Virus record (IMG/VR): IMGVR_UViG_3300037067_021792
Length of the DNA: 64,000 nucleotides
Source: a virus
Taxonomy: Duplodnaviria > Caudoviricetes
Direction: 5' to 3' (one strand)
Shown here piece after piece: positions 1 through 12,100 of the stretch. The notes under the pieces were generated by a model, which had not been told where the DNA came from, did not search any database, and saw only the letters and a list, made by a program, of their open reading frames with translations. Positions within the stretch are counted from its first letter, which is position 1, and the number at the start of each line of letters is the position of its first letter. Both the position numbers and the translations under genes were made by a program.

Positions 1-1
1 C

Positions 2-226
2 TATGGAGTTCCAGGGTTAAAGGCGTTGGACATAATCACCCTCGATGGAAACCTATATTACATCACCGATATTGCACATGAAATAGATGCAAGAGAAAAT
101 CGATGGTGGATGAATATTACTGCCGAATGGCTCAAACCGTTTGAAGGCAATCTTGGAATTTTAAGTGAAAAAGGAGATACTGATTCTGGTGCTAACGAAT
201 CCGGGTCTAAAGGAATAATTATATAA
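2..226 (+). CDS. C-terminal fragment of a probable baseplate hub / tail (gp27/gpD-like) protein, 5' truncated by the window
   Basis: Frame open from base 2: YGVPGLKALDIITLDGNLYYITDIAHEID...WWMNITAEW. The G-x-P-x-L...D-x-I-x-L-x-G-x-x-Y-x-I-x-x-I-x-H pattern resembles the C-terminal beta-domain of phage hub/late-control-D proteins. Confidence 0.5.
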   Translation, partial: YGVPGLKALDIITLDGNLYYITDIAHEIDARENRWWMNITAEWLKPFEGNLGILSEKGDTDSGANESGSKGIII

Positions 227-257
227 TTGGGGGAATTGTAGTATCTCACCCTCCAAT
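226..257. terminator. Intergenic stem-loop, possible terminator or processing hairpin
   Basis: ATTGGGGG (226-233) pairs with CCTCCAAT (250-257): 8 bp with one G-U. No + strand U-tract; AAAA follows, which would be a U-tract on the - strand. Confidence 0.25.
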
Positions 258-275
258 AAAATCAAAGGAGTATTT

Positions 276-494
276 ATGAGACGTAAACCAGCAGCATATG
301 GGAAAATGAGTAGGATGATCGCAAATCCAGCCAAATCTATACCAGCCGTGGGCACCGTGCAATCTAGACAGATAACACTGAATGAAATATTCAAACAAAA
401 TTTCATCTCGGATTATCAACAGGTTATGCTCAGGTTCTCTAATGCCGCAAGAGGATTGAAATTTGGCTCTCCGCCAATGTTTGTTTCTGCATAA
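276..494 (+). CDS. Small basic hypothetical protein (72 aa)
   Basis: ATG preceded by AAAGGAG RBS; fills the gap between co-oriented genes. Confidence 0.7.
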   Translation: MRRKPAAYGKMSRMIANPAKSIPAVGTVQSRQITLNEIFKQNFISDYQQVMLRFSNAARGLKFGSPPMFVSA

Positions 495-505
495 GGATTT
501 ATACA

Positions 506-3500
506 ATGCCCTCCAGCACTAAGCATTATGGTTTAGGATATTTTGATTTCAACGATAACCTTGGTATGGATTTCGCGGAAGAAATAGAGGTGAGTCGGTT
601 TATTTTTATCGATAAGCAAATATACGGGTTGATGAGTATATTTGGCAATGGAGTTCTCAGCGGATGGCTGGCATCAGAATCTGGTCCGTTCGAGATTACT
701 GTTAGTTCTGGCTCTGGCAATATCAACTTTACATCGGCAAAAACACAATTCCCGGAAACCGTTGTTAACCTTCCTCCTAATTCAGTTCAGTACTTATATG
801 CCAAAAGATTGTCCAAAACAGGATTCGCAGAAAATATTGAATTTGCTCTGTCCGCCACACCAAGCGTAGCAGACCCTAATTTTTTATTATTGGCATCTAT
901 TACTATTGGCCCAACATCTATCCAATCAATCGATAATACTGTTCGACAAGAAATAGGGTTCATTGAATTAATTAAGGCAGCTATTCGTCTACATAGGCAC
1001 AGGGGGGGATCATCTAACCCTTCTAAAATAAATTTAGAATCTGAAGTCAAAGGCCAATTGCCTTCATTTCGTATTGCGGATTTTGACGCAGATAAGATTA
1101 CCACCGGCACTTTTGACTTATCTCGAATGCCGATATTGGACCACCAGCAGTTATCTAACGTAGGAATTCTTACTCACCCCCAATTGGATAGTTTTGTTAA
1201 AAACCTAGAATATAATAACAAAGAGCTTTTCGGAGAAATTGGAACTGCTAATCTTTTGCAGCTAATTATTGCACTTAAAATGGTCTATGATGACCCCGAC
1301 TCGCCGATATATCTATCAAATAGAACTGTAGATGAGAATTTTATTAATGAATTTACAGTTATACCTGGCATAACTCCTAATTCTTACATTGATTTTGATA
1401 ATTCTACTGCAATTATTGATTTGAATCAGCATTATGTCCAAGGCACCACACCAACTACTGGAACATCATTTTATGTCAGATGGGAAACTGCCCTGGCATG
1501 GCAATCGGCTTATTTGAGAGATAAAATTGTCATAGTAGGAAATTCTGTTACTCTGGCTTTTAACGAGGAAGAGGGTGAACCAATTGTTATCGAAGGTTTT
1601 GAATCCGCTACTGCACCTGGCCAGAATCTGAGTGAAACAGATCAGAAATTATTCGAAAAACAAGTTATTATCTTGTCAGATAACGCAGGCATAACTGCTG
1701 ATTCCGGTGCCACAAATGTAATAGAGGGGTTTTACTCCGGCAAATTTAAGCATCAGCAAAGTTTCAGAGTGCAATTTGTAAAAACGTTTTCAACCCCACA
1801 AAACTGGTCAACCTATGACTCATTGGTTTTGTATATTAAATGCATTAATCAGGTTCACGGACCAGTTAAAATGTATTTACAAGATTCTAAATCTAATAAT
1901 AGCGTAGCATTTACTTTACTAGATACTAATGAGATAACAGAAGGCAACTATACCAATGATTTTAAAATATTTGTCATAAACTTATCAATAATACCATTTA
2001 GAGATGATGTCAAAAAAATAATAATTTATACGGACGATCTGGAAAATGATTTTAGTTTCAATATAGATTATATCAATATACAAAGAGCAGTTTTATTGCC
2101 TGAAAATGGCAGAATGCTAATTAGGTATTCTAGCAATACCAAATTAATATTTGCTAATGTTGAATGGAACTCAACAGAACCTGCTGGTACACTAACATCA
2201 ATCAGGGCAAGAGCAGCCAATGGAACTGTGCTTTTGTCAAGAGCAAATTGGACATCGAACTTAACTAGTGGTGATGTGTTAAATTTGGAAGGCACAGATA
2301 TAGAGTTTGAAATCAAATTGTTCCCCGATGCAAACAGAGTTTTTGCTCCAACTCTTAATTCTCTAAAAATGCTAGTTATCACTGAAGCAGAAATTGATGG
2401 TTTTAAAATTGATACCCTAGATGAATTTAGCAGAGGAACTGCACAAAATGTAAATGTGTCATCTGACCTATCATTAGATACTCCAATTTTCGTTAATTCA
2501 TACTACTTCTGTCTGGCGGGTAACGTATCACAAATACATGAAAACACGAGTGGAAGTATTACTTTTACAGAGAGCGAACTGTCCATTAATGGTTTGGACT
2601 CACCAATTGCACCAAATTCCGTCCTAAAGACCATAGAAAACAATTTGACTAGAGTTAATTCTTCAAGTATGTTTGCGCCGAAATCGGTCAGAAGATTAAC
2701 TGGACGATCCTTTTTAGTGGCAGATACATTTAATGATAGAGTGTTAGAATTTAATGAAGAGGGTGAACTGCTCTCGGGTCTTGGGTCTATCAATTATCAA
2801 CATTCGTCTAAAACATTTCCCATCGCGGCATGTGTTGATACAAGAACTAATATTCTGTATATCGTTTGGAGCAGAAGCGTATCGTTTCAATCTGTTAATA
2901 TGAGTAAGATTGTTGTTCAAACTGCCACAGAATCAGTACAGTTAATAAAAGATTTTGATAAAATAATGGGATTATCAACCTCTGAACTACAACAAGTAGA
3001 CGCAAAAGGGCAGATTATGCCGGTTCATTTATATTCTCAAAACGCAAGCACAATATCCACTTTCCCATCAACTGGTGCAAATATATTTGTATCTCCTGAC
3101 GCCATAACATCTGGAATTGATACTGATTCGGTTTTTTATCGAGCGATAAGAAGCGAGTTGGGTATTCCGCTGTATGTAGGTAAATTTGCATATATTAATG
3201 GAATCTTCACTCCTACTTGGGCAGATAAAACTGAAGATAATTCCTATATTATATCTAATGCGAAAATAGCGATTAAAGAATGGTCTTTTCCTGCTGCAAT
3301 ATTTGACGGAAAGACCGAAACATGGACGTTGAACTCTGGAGTTTCAAGTATTATCGAAGTAGATGAAAACAACCAAGTTATTTTAGGGTCTGACGTTTTG
3401 AGTTTTTCTCCGTTCATCCCTGGGCGTGCTCAGAAAATTACATCACACACGATGTTGGTTGCAGGGATAACGCCATCTGGAAAATCTGGAGATTCATCCC

Positions 3501-3859
3501 AGTTGAACTTCAGATCGATTGGTGGAACTGAAGATGACATGAAAGCACAAAAACAAATACTAAAACAAGTGTTTTTTGGGTCTGATACTTCATATAGAGG
3601 CTCTATGATTATTTTTGACACAAATACGAAATCTACCATATTTGAATATATATCACCCGAAGGAACCTTAATATCTGACGCGGATATCGACCCTATCACT
3701 GGACAGTATATTGTTGCCGAAAGTAGTTTTGATGTAGCAGGAAAAATAGTTAAAATAGATGCAGCAGGAAATGTTGTCTATAGCTATGGGGAAGGATTAT
3801 TTAGCCTAATAAATGATATCACAATGCAAATTGATGGGGCAATGGTAATATCAACATGA
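506..3859 (+). CDS. Putative virion structural protein (1117 aa): N-terminal attachment module, carbohydrate-binding-like beta-sandwich, C-terminal NHL-like beta-propeller
   Basis: Long ORF with AAGGA upstream. The N-terminus (MPSSTKHY..F..ND...RF..ID..Y.....GNG...GW) and the HRH..NP.KINL and IPxLDH-like motifs are shared with the protein at 42215-49103. NHL-like blade PKSVRRLTGRSFLVADTFNDRVLEF. WNSTEPAGT..IRAR module also occurs in 34003-42171. Confidence 0.75.
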   Translation: MPSSTKHYGLGYFDFNDNLGMDFAEEIEVSRFIFIDKQIYGLMSIFGNGVLSGWLASESGPFEITVSSGSGNINFTSAKTQFPETVVNLPPNSVQYLYAKRLSKTGFAENIEFALSATPSVADPNFLLLASITIGPTSIQSIDNTVRQEIGFIELIKAAIRLHRHRGGSSNPSKINLESEVKGQLPSFRIADFDADKITTGTFDLSRMPILDHQQLSNVGILTHPQLDSFVKNLEYNNKELFGEIGTANLLQLIIALKMVYDDPDSPIYLSNRTVDENFINEFTVIPGITPNSYIDFDNSTAIIDLNQHYVQGTTPTTGTSFYVRWETALAWQSAYLRDKIVIVGNSVTLAFNEEEGEPIVIEGFESATAPGQNLSETDQKLFEKQVIILSDNAGITADSGATNVIEGFYSGKFKHQQSFRVQFVKTFSTPQNWSTYDSLVLYIKCINQVHGPVKMYLQDSKSNNSVAFTLLDTNEITEGNYTNDFKIFVINLSIIPFRDDVKKIIIYTDDLENDFSFNIDYINIQRAVLLPENGRMLIRYSSNTKLIFANVEWNSTEPAGTLTSIRARAANGTVLLSRANWTSNLTSGDVLNLEGTDIEFEIKLFPDANRVFAPTLNSLKMLVITEAEIDGFKIDTLDEFSRGTAQNVNVSSDLSLDTPIFVNSYYFCLAGNVSQIHENTSGSITFTESELSINGLDSPIAPNSVLKTIENNLTRVNSSSMFAPKSVRRLTGRSFLVADTFNDRVLEFNEEGELLSGLGSINYQHSSKTFPIAACVDTRTNILYIVWSRSVSFQSVNMSKIVVQTATESVQLIKDFDKIMGLSTSELQQVDAKGQIMPVHLYSQNASTISTFPSTGANIFVSPDAITSGIDTDSVFYRAIRSELGIPLYVGKFAYINGIFTPTWADKTEDNSYIISNAKIAIKEWSFPAAIFDGKTETWTLNSGVSSIIEVDENNQVILGSDVLSFSPFIPGRAQKITSHTMLVAGITPSGKSGDSSQLNFRSIGGTEDDMKAQKQILKQVFFGSDTSYRGSMIIFDTNTKSTIFEYISPEGTLISDADIDPITGQYIVAESSFDVAGKIVKIDAAGNVVYSYGEGLFSLINDITMQIDGAMVIST

Positions 3860-3896
3860 TCGGTATAATACAGCATTGAAATCGGAGTGGTTCACT

Positions 3897-4979
3897 ATGC
3901 AACTTGTCTATACTCATTACATGAATTACACAGGATATTCTATTGCGGCTCAGGACTATATTTTATCAATGTTAAAAAGCAATGTTCCATTTGATATTAA
4001 GGTGAAATGGTTGAACGCTGACCCCCAGACAGGGATAAGTGCTAATCGTAGACAAATATTTACCGCATTGAAAAATAAAAAAGATGCTCTGCCTCAGACT
4101 AATTTATATCATAGCATACCTAATCTATATAAGAATATTCCACACGCTTCAAAAAATATAGGCTTTGCTATATTTGAGACGATTAATCCCCCTAAAAAAT
4201 GGGCGGAAATAATGAATAATATGAATCGTATAATAACTGCATCTTCATTTAATAAAGGAGTTTTTGAGTCTATAGGCGTTAATGCTCCAGTGTCGGTCGT
4301 TCCTCACTGTTTTGACCCGGACCTATTCAACGCCGACGTGAAGCCAGTCGGCAGATATGGGATGACTACATTTTATAGCATGGGAACATGGAAGAACAGA
4401 AAGAATTGGGAGACTTTAATAAAAGCCTTTTACGACGCATTTGAAGACAAAAACAAGGTGTGTTTAGTAATTAAAACTGATAACCCCAAAAATCTACAAG
4501 CATTGGTAGCCAGAGTAAAAAGGTTTAGTGAGTGGAGAACCAAAAATACAGCCCCGATATATGCAGATAAGGCAGAGCATTGCGAATTTGAGGAAATTCC
4601 CAAATTAATGAAGAAAGGGGATATATATGTAAGCGCCAGCCTCGGCGAGGGATTTGCAATACCAGTTATGCATGCAATGGCATTGGGAATGCCGGTAATA
4701 GTTCCTCGATTTGGTGGGCTCCTAGAGTATGCTCTGCCACAGTTTGTCACTTATATAGAACCCGCAGGATATAAAGAATTTCCAGTAATGGACGGTGTCC
4801 CACAATTTGATAACTGTATATGGCCAGTTATTACTGTTGATGCAGTCAGGGATGCGATGAAAAAAGTATTCAATGACTACCCATCCGAAAAATCAAGAAT
4901 GGCATATGAATATGTGCATATTAATTTAACCTATAATATAATAGGTCCAAAGTTCAAAGAGGCTGTTTCAAATGATTGA
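3897..4979 (+). CDS. Glycosyltransferase family 4 (GT-B fold)
   Basis: TGYSIAA N-terminal motif, RKNWETLIKAF, and GDIYVSASLGEGFAIPVMHAMALGMPVI. ATG 3897 is preceded by GGAG (the ORF track starts at TTG 3876). TATAAT at 3864-3869 upstream. Confidence 0.9.
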   Translation: MQLVYTHYMNYTGYSIAAQDYILSMLKSNVPFDIKVKWLNADPQTGISANRRQIFTALKNKKDALPQTNLYHSIPNLYKNIPHASKNIGFAIFETINPPKKWAEIMNNMNRIITASSFNKGVFESIGVNAPVSVVPHCFDPDLFNADVKPVGRYGMTTFYSMGTWKNRKNWETLIKAFYDAFEDKNKVCLVIKTDNPKNLQALVARVKRFSEWRTKNTAPIYADKAEHCEFEEIPKLMKKGDIYVSASLGEGFAIPVMHAMALGMPVIVPRFGGLLEYALPQFVTYIEPAGYKEFPVMDGVPQFDNCIWPVITVDAVRDAMKKVFNDYPSEKSRMAYEYVHINLTYNIIGPKFKEAVSND

Positions 4980-6114
4980 ATTTCAAATTAATCCGATAAG
5001 TGGACACTCATTTTCTTATTTAGATGTTCAGTTTTTCATTAAATTTCCAGGCTCCGATGCCAGAATAGAAATATTTAATGATACCACAAAAGAACAGTTA
5101 GATATATTGTCCGTATCTTCCGGGAGAATAGAAAATGAAAATACTATTATATCAAAGGGCACAGACTCTATTAGTGGATACATTAACCTTTTTAACAAAG
5201 ATAAGATGAATGAAACTCTTAATAATTATCAATATGTAGAGCTGAAGTGCATAGTTCATCTCCCGGAAAATATATTTGAATCAACTGCGATATTCTATAA
5301 TGAAAGCAAATCCCTGGATTCTGATATAGTTCCTTTTGATTTGCTAATTGATAACCCCAATATTGACCTGGAACACAATATTCCGCTCAGCATGCACGTG
5401 CTAAGTGAATCAGAACAAAAGTTCGAGTTATCCATAAGAGGAGAAAATGAACGCGAATTTTGCGCGTTTCAGGTGATTGCATATGCAGGATCATCGCATG
5501 TTTTATTACCATCTGAAATTATCTGGTCTGACACAAAACATGTCCAGAAAACCGACAAAATGTATCAAATTTATTGGTGCAAACCCGAGGGGATAGACCA
5601 CATGGGGATGCGTGGTAGAAAATATATACCAATAAAAAATGCAACTATAATTTTAAGTGGAAACATGTCTCCATCCCCGCAACTTAGAAAGTCACCCACT
5701 GGAGTTGATCTGTCGCCAGATTTCGTTTTAAGTTCAAGATATTTTGTTCCAACGTGGAAAGGGTTCACAAGTTTAGGAGGATTGCAAAACGCATATTCAT
5801 TTAACAGAATGTCAAAAATTTCTAGGTTTTTGTTTGAATCGCAGGATATAAACGAAAAAACACAACAAAGCGCAGTGTCATCGTTCAGTGCGGATCAGAA
5901 GGTTGATATGTTTAGTTCTGCCAGGAGGGATCGAACTTACAAATTTAATTTGAAACCTGGCATAATAACAGAGTCATTTGCCAAATCCTATCAAAACCGG
6001 CGCATTCCATCGGCAACTAATCAAAAATACATCAAAACGTTTTCATCTTCGGAGACAATTATGACACCCTCAAAATCCCCTCAAAAAGGATGTGGATGCT
6101 CAAGGAAAAAATAA
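4972..6114 (+). CDS. Hypothetical protein (380 aa) ending in GCGC-x-x-KK; paralog of 15623-16417
   Basis: Overlaps the upstream stop. MIEFQINP / LPSEIIW / RKSPT match IEFKINK / IPKEVVW / FRTPT in the paralog. Confidence 0.75.
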   Translation: MIEFQINPISGHSFSYLDVQFFIKFPGSDARIEIFNDTTKEQLDILSVSSGRIENENTIISKGTDSISGYINLFNKDKMNETLNNYQYVELKCIVHLPENIFESTAIFYNESKSLDSDIVPFDLLIDNPNIDLEHNIPLSMHVLSESEQKFELSIRGENEREFCAFQVIAYAGSSHVLLPSEIIWSDTKHVQKTDKMYQIYWCKPEGIDHMGMRGRKYIPIKNATIILSGNMSPSPQLRKSPTGVDLSPDFVLSSRYFVPTWKGFTSLGGLQNAYSFNRMSKISRFLFESQDINEKTQQSAVSSFSADQKVDMFSSARRDRTYKFNLKPGIITESFAKSYQNRRIPSATNQKYIKTFSSSETIMTPSKSPQKGCGCSRKK

Positions 6115-9100
6115 GTGGAATTACCTAAAGATATACAACATATAATTTCGACAGTGAGCAATGCCGCTCAACGATGCGGTACGTCTGCATATTTATCTGG
6201 TGATTATGCGAAATTAGTAATAACAGACAGAATCACTCCTAACCCAAAAAATTCTATAGATTTTATCTTAATTAATAGTTCAGAATTATCTATACCAACT
6301 TTCTATAGTTATATATCTGAGAAAATAACTATAAATAGTGAAATAAAGAATTCTGAAGAGGTATATTCCGTTATTTCGTATCCCTACATTCTTAATTTTT
6401 TTATTCGAAATAGTATTTGTGATGAGAATCAAAGATTTTCTATTGATAATATATATTATGATATATCTAAAGAGATTGTAATCGGTAACAAATCTGAAAT
6501 AATATCTGATCCGATAGTGCTAAACTATGTTGGTATAGAAAATTTCGGGATGGATGATGTTATTGACTTAGTTCTAAAAATATCTAATTTAGGAAAATGT
6601 GAGATACGTAATCTGGATTCTTTAAAAAATATTAAGCTATCTGATTTAAAGTATGGTTTGGGAAATAGTAAATTAGATATAGTAGTGGATATTCTATTAA
6701 CAAACAATCCTGGAACTGCAATCAAATTTATTGAGTCCACATTTAAAGACGGCAAACAGTGGATGGTGGAAAATCTGTTATCCTCTATGGCTGCATTGGA
6801 AATACCAATTAGTGAGGACATAGATTTAAAGGATATATTTAGCGATAAAAAAATTGAGCTGATAAATATATATAATGAATTCTTTCTAAGTAAAAATTCT
6901 TCCTATGAAACCCCAGAGGAAAGAAAGCTCAGATTAGCTACAACCCTAAAGCTTTTATTTGATTCTCCATCGTTGGTTGTGGATATTCCATATATTGACA
7001 GAATATCGGTTGCTATATCTAAACATCTGCAAGATGGGAAAATTCAGATGTTTGAAATCCCAGGTGATTGCGAGTATCCCCCATGTCCAACTTGTGACCC
7101 TACTCAATGCGGCGAAACGGGACCATCTTGTTGTTGCTGTTCATCTGTTGATATAGTTGATCAAGTGCAGTTGGAATGTCATCACAAGGTCGTAATTTCG
7201 TGCGATTCAACCGGAACAAAACCAGGGCCCAATGATGACCCGTTTCCCGCAGGATGTTCACGATGTCTAGAATCATGCAGTGGAGTTTTGGGGGTTCCTG
7301 GATATACAGATTTTTGTTCGGGAGATTTGCCATCATGGTGGTTTTTGATCCCTCCTGTGCCGTGTCAATGTGAGTGTGCAATACCCGGCTCGCCAGATTG
7401 CAATTTAACTTGTATGTACTGCAAGGGGGATAATACAAGATGCAGATCTTTAGTGAGCATCCAACCATATGATTGTAATTACGTGGTGTCTCTCACCCCA
7501 GGACCTGAATGCTGTGGTGCGCCCGCATTTATAAATTGGATGTTTGTTTTAGATTTTTCAGGCAGCATGTCAGGAAAAATTGATGAAATTATTAATGAAA
7601 TTGGCATTTTAACCCAAAAATTAGAAGATACAGCTGCAACGGCTAATTTTGCATGTACTATGTTTGGTTATAATATTCCCGGCTCCGACGCAATTCCAAT
7701 AGTAATTATTGAGTGGACATCAGATGCTAAATCATTTACAGACAATTTACAAATACAAAAAAACAAATTCCTAGGTGGTTCTATAGAGTATGATTTACTA
7801 GCTGTTAGCAAATCGATTACCGAAATCGAATGGCCACAAGCATCGTCCAGTTTTATATTCTTAATTGGCGATGAGCCAACTCAGGATCCTAGCAGAATTG
7901 ATGATAGACTATCCGGAGTAATACAATTATGTAATTTTAAGAACATAACTGTTCACGTAGCCGATATATATTCTGAGCATAGGCAAAAACTAGTGTCTTC
8001 TACCGGCGGGCAGAGATTTAATATTTCTGAGTCATTTAGTAATATAGTTGACTCATTAAATTTGGCTGCATTTCCTACCAGTTGCGACTGTTTAGATCTT
8101 AATCCAATACCAGTATATTTAAATACTCCAGAATGTGAATGCCCACAAGACCCCACCGGAGTATATTGCCGAGATCATCCGGAAGTTCAGGGATTAGAAA
8201 ATTGGTCTGAAAAATGTATGTCAATACCGATTGAAAAATGTACATCAGGAGAAACATGTAATTGTGATTGGCCTATTAGCTTATTTGTTTGTGGAACAAG
8301 CATTCAGATAACACCAACCAGCGTAAATCAGGTATGCTGTGGCGAGTTGGAGGGGTTTAATTGTGATTGTCCGTCCGTGACAGACCCCAGAGTGTGTTGT
8401 GGGGTGGATTGCCAACCATTATGCGATCCAATCGAGCCAAAATCAGTATACAACACATTGTCTGACGCTCAGCAATCGATATGGTTTAATTGCACGCAGG
8501 AGGCTGCATATGCCATTGACGAGTCATGCTATGCATTCGCAGATGGAAAGGGAGGATTTTATCAGAAATGTAAGGATGAGGTATATAGTGAAATTGAATC
8601 AGCATTTTCACAATGTTTCGAAGGACCAGACATTCCAGAAGGCGAAAAAGTCCCTTGGACATGTATGGCTGCAAAATGCCTGGCAGATGAGAGTATTCCT
8701 GATATTAGTTTAGATTGTGTATCGACTCAACATCCGGATGTTACAGTTCTAAATAATGGAATAGGAATTGTATGCTATGAAAGCTTAGATGAAGATAAAG
8801 CTCCCGTCATTAAAATTGCGCAATTTAAAACCAGTGTAGATTACGTTCTGTTATCCAATAGAGAATTTAATTTCGGAAGACTGCAAAATAATAAAAATTG
8901 GTCAAACGGTAAAGCTAAGCTATATTACTACGATGATTTGCCAATAGAAATATTACAAGGATCAAGCACTACTGAAATAAATCCAGATGGGTCGGAATGG
9001 AAAGATGCTATAGGATTTTCTTCTGGGCCACTGCAGGGCCAATGCTTTCCTCTTGGCAAGACAGAGATTGGTGTTCCGTATGGTGAAGATGAGAATGGAA

Positions 9101-12100
9101 GATTTTTGATATTCATTACTACGAATTCAATATTGAGTAGTGAATTCCCAAGTGATGACGACATATACAATATAAAATGGTTTTTGTGGGATGTACAAAG
9201 TGCAGGCAAAAAAATAGGAGATGCTTCTGCCACGGGTGGACAAAATGCTCAGTCTTATCCATATAGTAGATTTTTGTTTGATAACAGCGGGGTGGTAAAT
9301 AATATTTTATCAGGAGAGCGGGTAACGTCTCATATCTACAATGGAACAGCGGCTCCAGTGTCCAATCCTAGAATAGTCACTCTGTGTAATTATACTAGTC
9401 AACCATATGAAAATTCTCAAGTGCTTTATTTTACATACCAAGCACTTGAAGATAATAGATGGAAAGTATACTTAAAGCAATTGAGACTTTCTGAATATAA
9501 AAAAGACGATCAGATTATTGAGTCGATTCAACAAAATACGCTGATAAAATTGTCTAGTCTTGGTATAACCGATCTGATATATCGCATTGTATGTGTAAAC
9601 GATAAATGTACCGATATAGGAGAATCCAAATTTTTACTAGAAAAAATAGTCACATTTGAAGTATTAACAACTGACGGAAGAGAAGTTTTGAATCCCCAGT
9701 TTTCCTCGACCACAGAAACCTGGGGATCCCTATGCTCGGGCGTTCCTGAATTTGAATTTCCTAAGCGTAAATTATTTACAAAGTTTACTCACTCACTGAC
9801 AACGGATAAGTGCCCAGATGAATTTGGCTTTAAAGACCTGTTTCAAAATTGGACTGCTGGACAGGAATATATAGTGCCATTTACAGTGGTATCCTCCCAG
9901 TCTTTGTGGAATTTTATTAAAAGGACCAGCGATCTGGCGATAGAGCCAGGACAATATAGTAATCTGGTAATTAGCGGGATCAATGTAAATCTTTCAACCA
10001 TCTCGTCTATATGGTATGAAAATAAAACAGATTCTGAATGGAGTGTAATATCGGAATCTGATCTTTCCGATATGATGTCATATAAAGGAATGGATATCAG
10101 TGAGCCTATCCTTATATCGGTAGATGAGTCTGGAAATTGTACAAATCCCGTAATAAAGACCGATTCTAATAATGACGTTTTTATTGCATATGAACATACT
10201 GACATAAACGGGTTGCACAACATCAAACTGGTCGGCACCTGCCAACCGGTAAATATTCTGCCAGCAGGGATATACAGAGGCAAGGATATAGAATCATCTT
10301 TGGATTATTTTATATCATATGCCGATTTCGTTTACAAATGCGATATCACTTCCACCGGAGATGGGGTTAACCAACTACCGGATATGTTCATAGATTTGAA
10401 TAACGTCATACATTTAGCGTGGCAGTCCAATAGAGACAATAGATGGGAGATATACTATTGCAATTCCAACTCGTTGTTTGCCCCACAAAGGATAACTAAT
10501 CATTACGGAAAATCAATTAAACCAAAAATATCTGGTAACAAATTCGGATATTTGTTTATAGTATGGCAGGATGATAGGTATGGGAATTATGAAATCCTAA
10601 TGTCGTATAACGCAACACAACGTATTAAACCGTTATATCAACAAGACCCGTATTTGGCATCATTAAGGAATACGGGGTGGGCACACACTACCGATGATAT
10701 ACAGTTTAGTATCACCAACAATCTGAATTATCCCACATGCTACAATAATATTATTGTAAAATTTTATAATGATAGATTTTTATCTGATCTCGCATTTGAA
10801 TTGCCCGCATCTGAATATCCATTTGCATTTAATTTAAAAGATGCTCAAGATATAAATTCTAAAAATTTAGACGACATAAGCCAATGGAACACAATAGAAA
10901 ATTTCGAATTCAGTGATACATATATATTAGACCGGATAGAGTATCAATCAACTAGCAAAGAAATAGATGCATTTATTGATAATTCTGCAATTTTATCAGT
11001 AGTAATACCAAATTTGGGAAATGGTTGGCATTTGGTGTCTATTAATATCAGGGCCAGCAATACCGCAGGTCAATCTGGAGGTTGGTCCACGAATATTGAC
11101 ATAAGTGGATTATCTGGACAAACACTAGTATTGGATTATCTTTCAATACTCGGAAGATATCAACAAGTTAAAATATCATATTATAGAGATATAAATAGCA
11201 AAAATTATACGTTGATTGATTATGATGATGATGCGATATTGGAAAATAAATCTTCATGGGACAATAATCAGCCATACATAAAATTCGGTATGGACTCTGT
11301 CTCATTTGATTCATACTTGAGATTTAAAATCGATATACCATCAGGGCAAAAAATAATTGAATCCAGCCTAAAATTTTTACCATACTCTAGCCAGGCAACT
11401 ACTGTTAACGCGTTAATTAAACTACTAGACAACAATAATGCAGACTCATTCCCTGATACAATGATTAAAAACATGGTAGTATCCGATTCCCGAGATGATG
11501 CAGAAGTACATAATCGTTTCTGGACAAGTGATGGTGATACAATTGGTATTGGATACGATGGATATACCGGAGATTCATATGATGCATATTTCAGATTTCC
11601 TATAGACATTCCCAGCAATGCTTCGATAATATCTGCTAAACTAAAAATGAGATCTGCTAGTGATTCTCTTGGAGGAACTAATTTTAGGATATCGCTCATA
11701 GATACTAATGACCAATCGGAATTTTCCTCAAGCAGCAGAATTATCACACCCGTGTCAAGTTCAAAAAGCGATACATGGGGGCATAATGGAGAATTAACCA
11801 CAGATCAATCTGCATCAAAATTTTTATATTTTGGTAACGGGTCTGGAGTGACATATCAATCATACTTTAGATTTCTACTAAATGTCCCTAAAACCGAAAT
11901 AGTATCTAATGCGTATTTACTACTTACTCCATATACAACCAACTCTCAATTATGTAGTTCTATTATTAAGTTAGCATCTGTTAAGAATATTTCAGAATTT
12001 AATGAAACCGGAACAGCCGTTGTAAACGCCAGTGCTGATGCGAATTATCTGTGGTCAGGTTGGAGTTCGCCTCTGATCGGAGGACCTGCTCAGGTGGTTT

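Noticed and set aside
3864-3869. Full sigma70 promoter upstream of the first GT4
   Set aside because: TATAAT is present but there is no -35 at 16-18 bp and no TG extension; too weak in AT-rich DNA to list as a feature.
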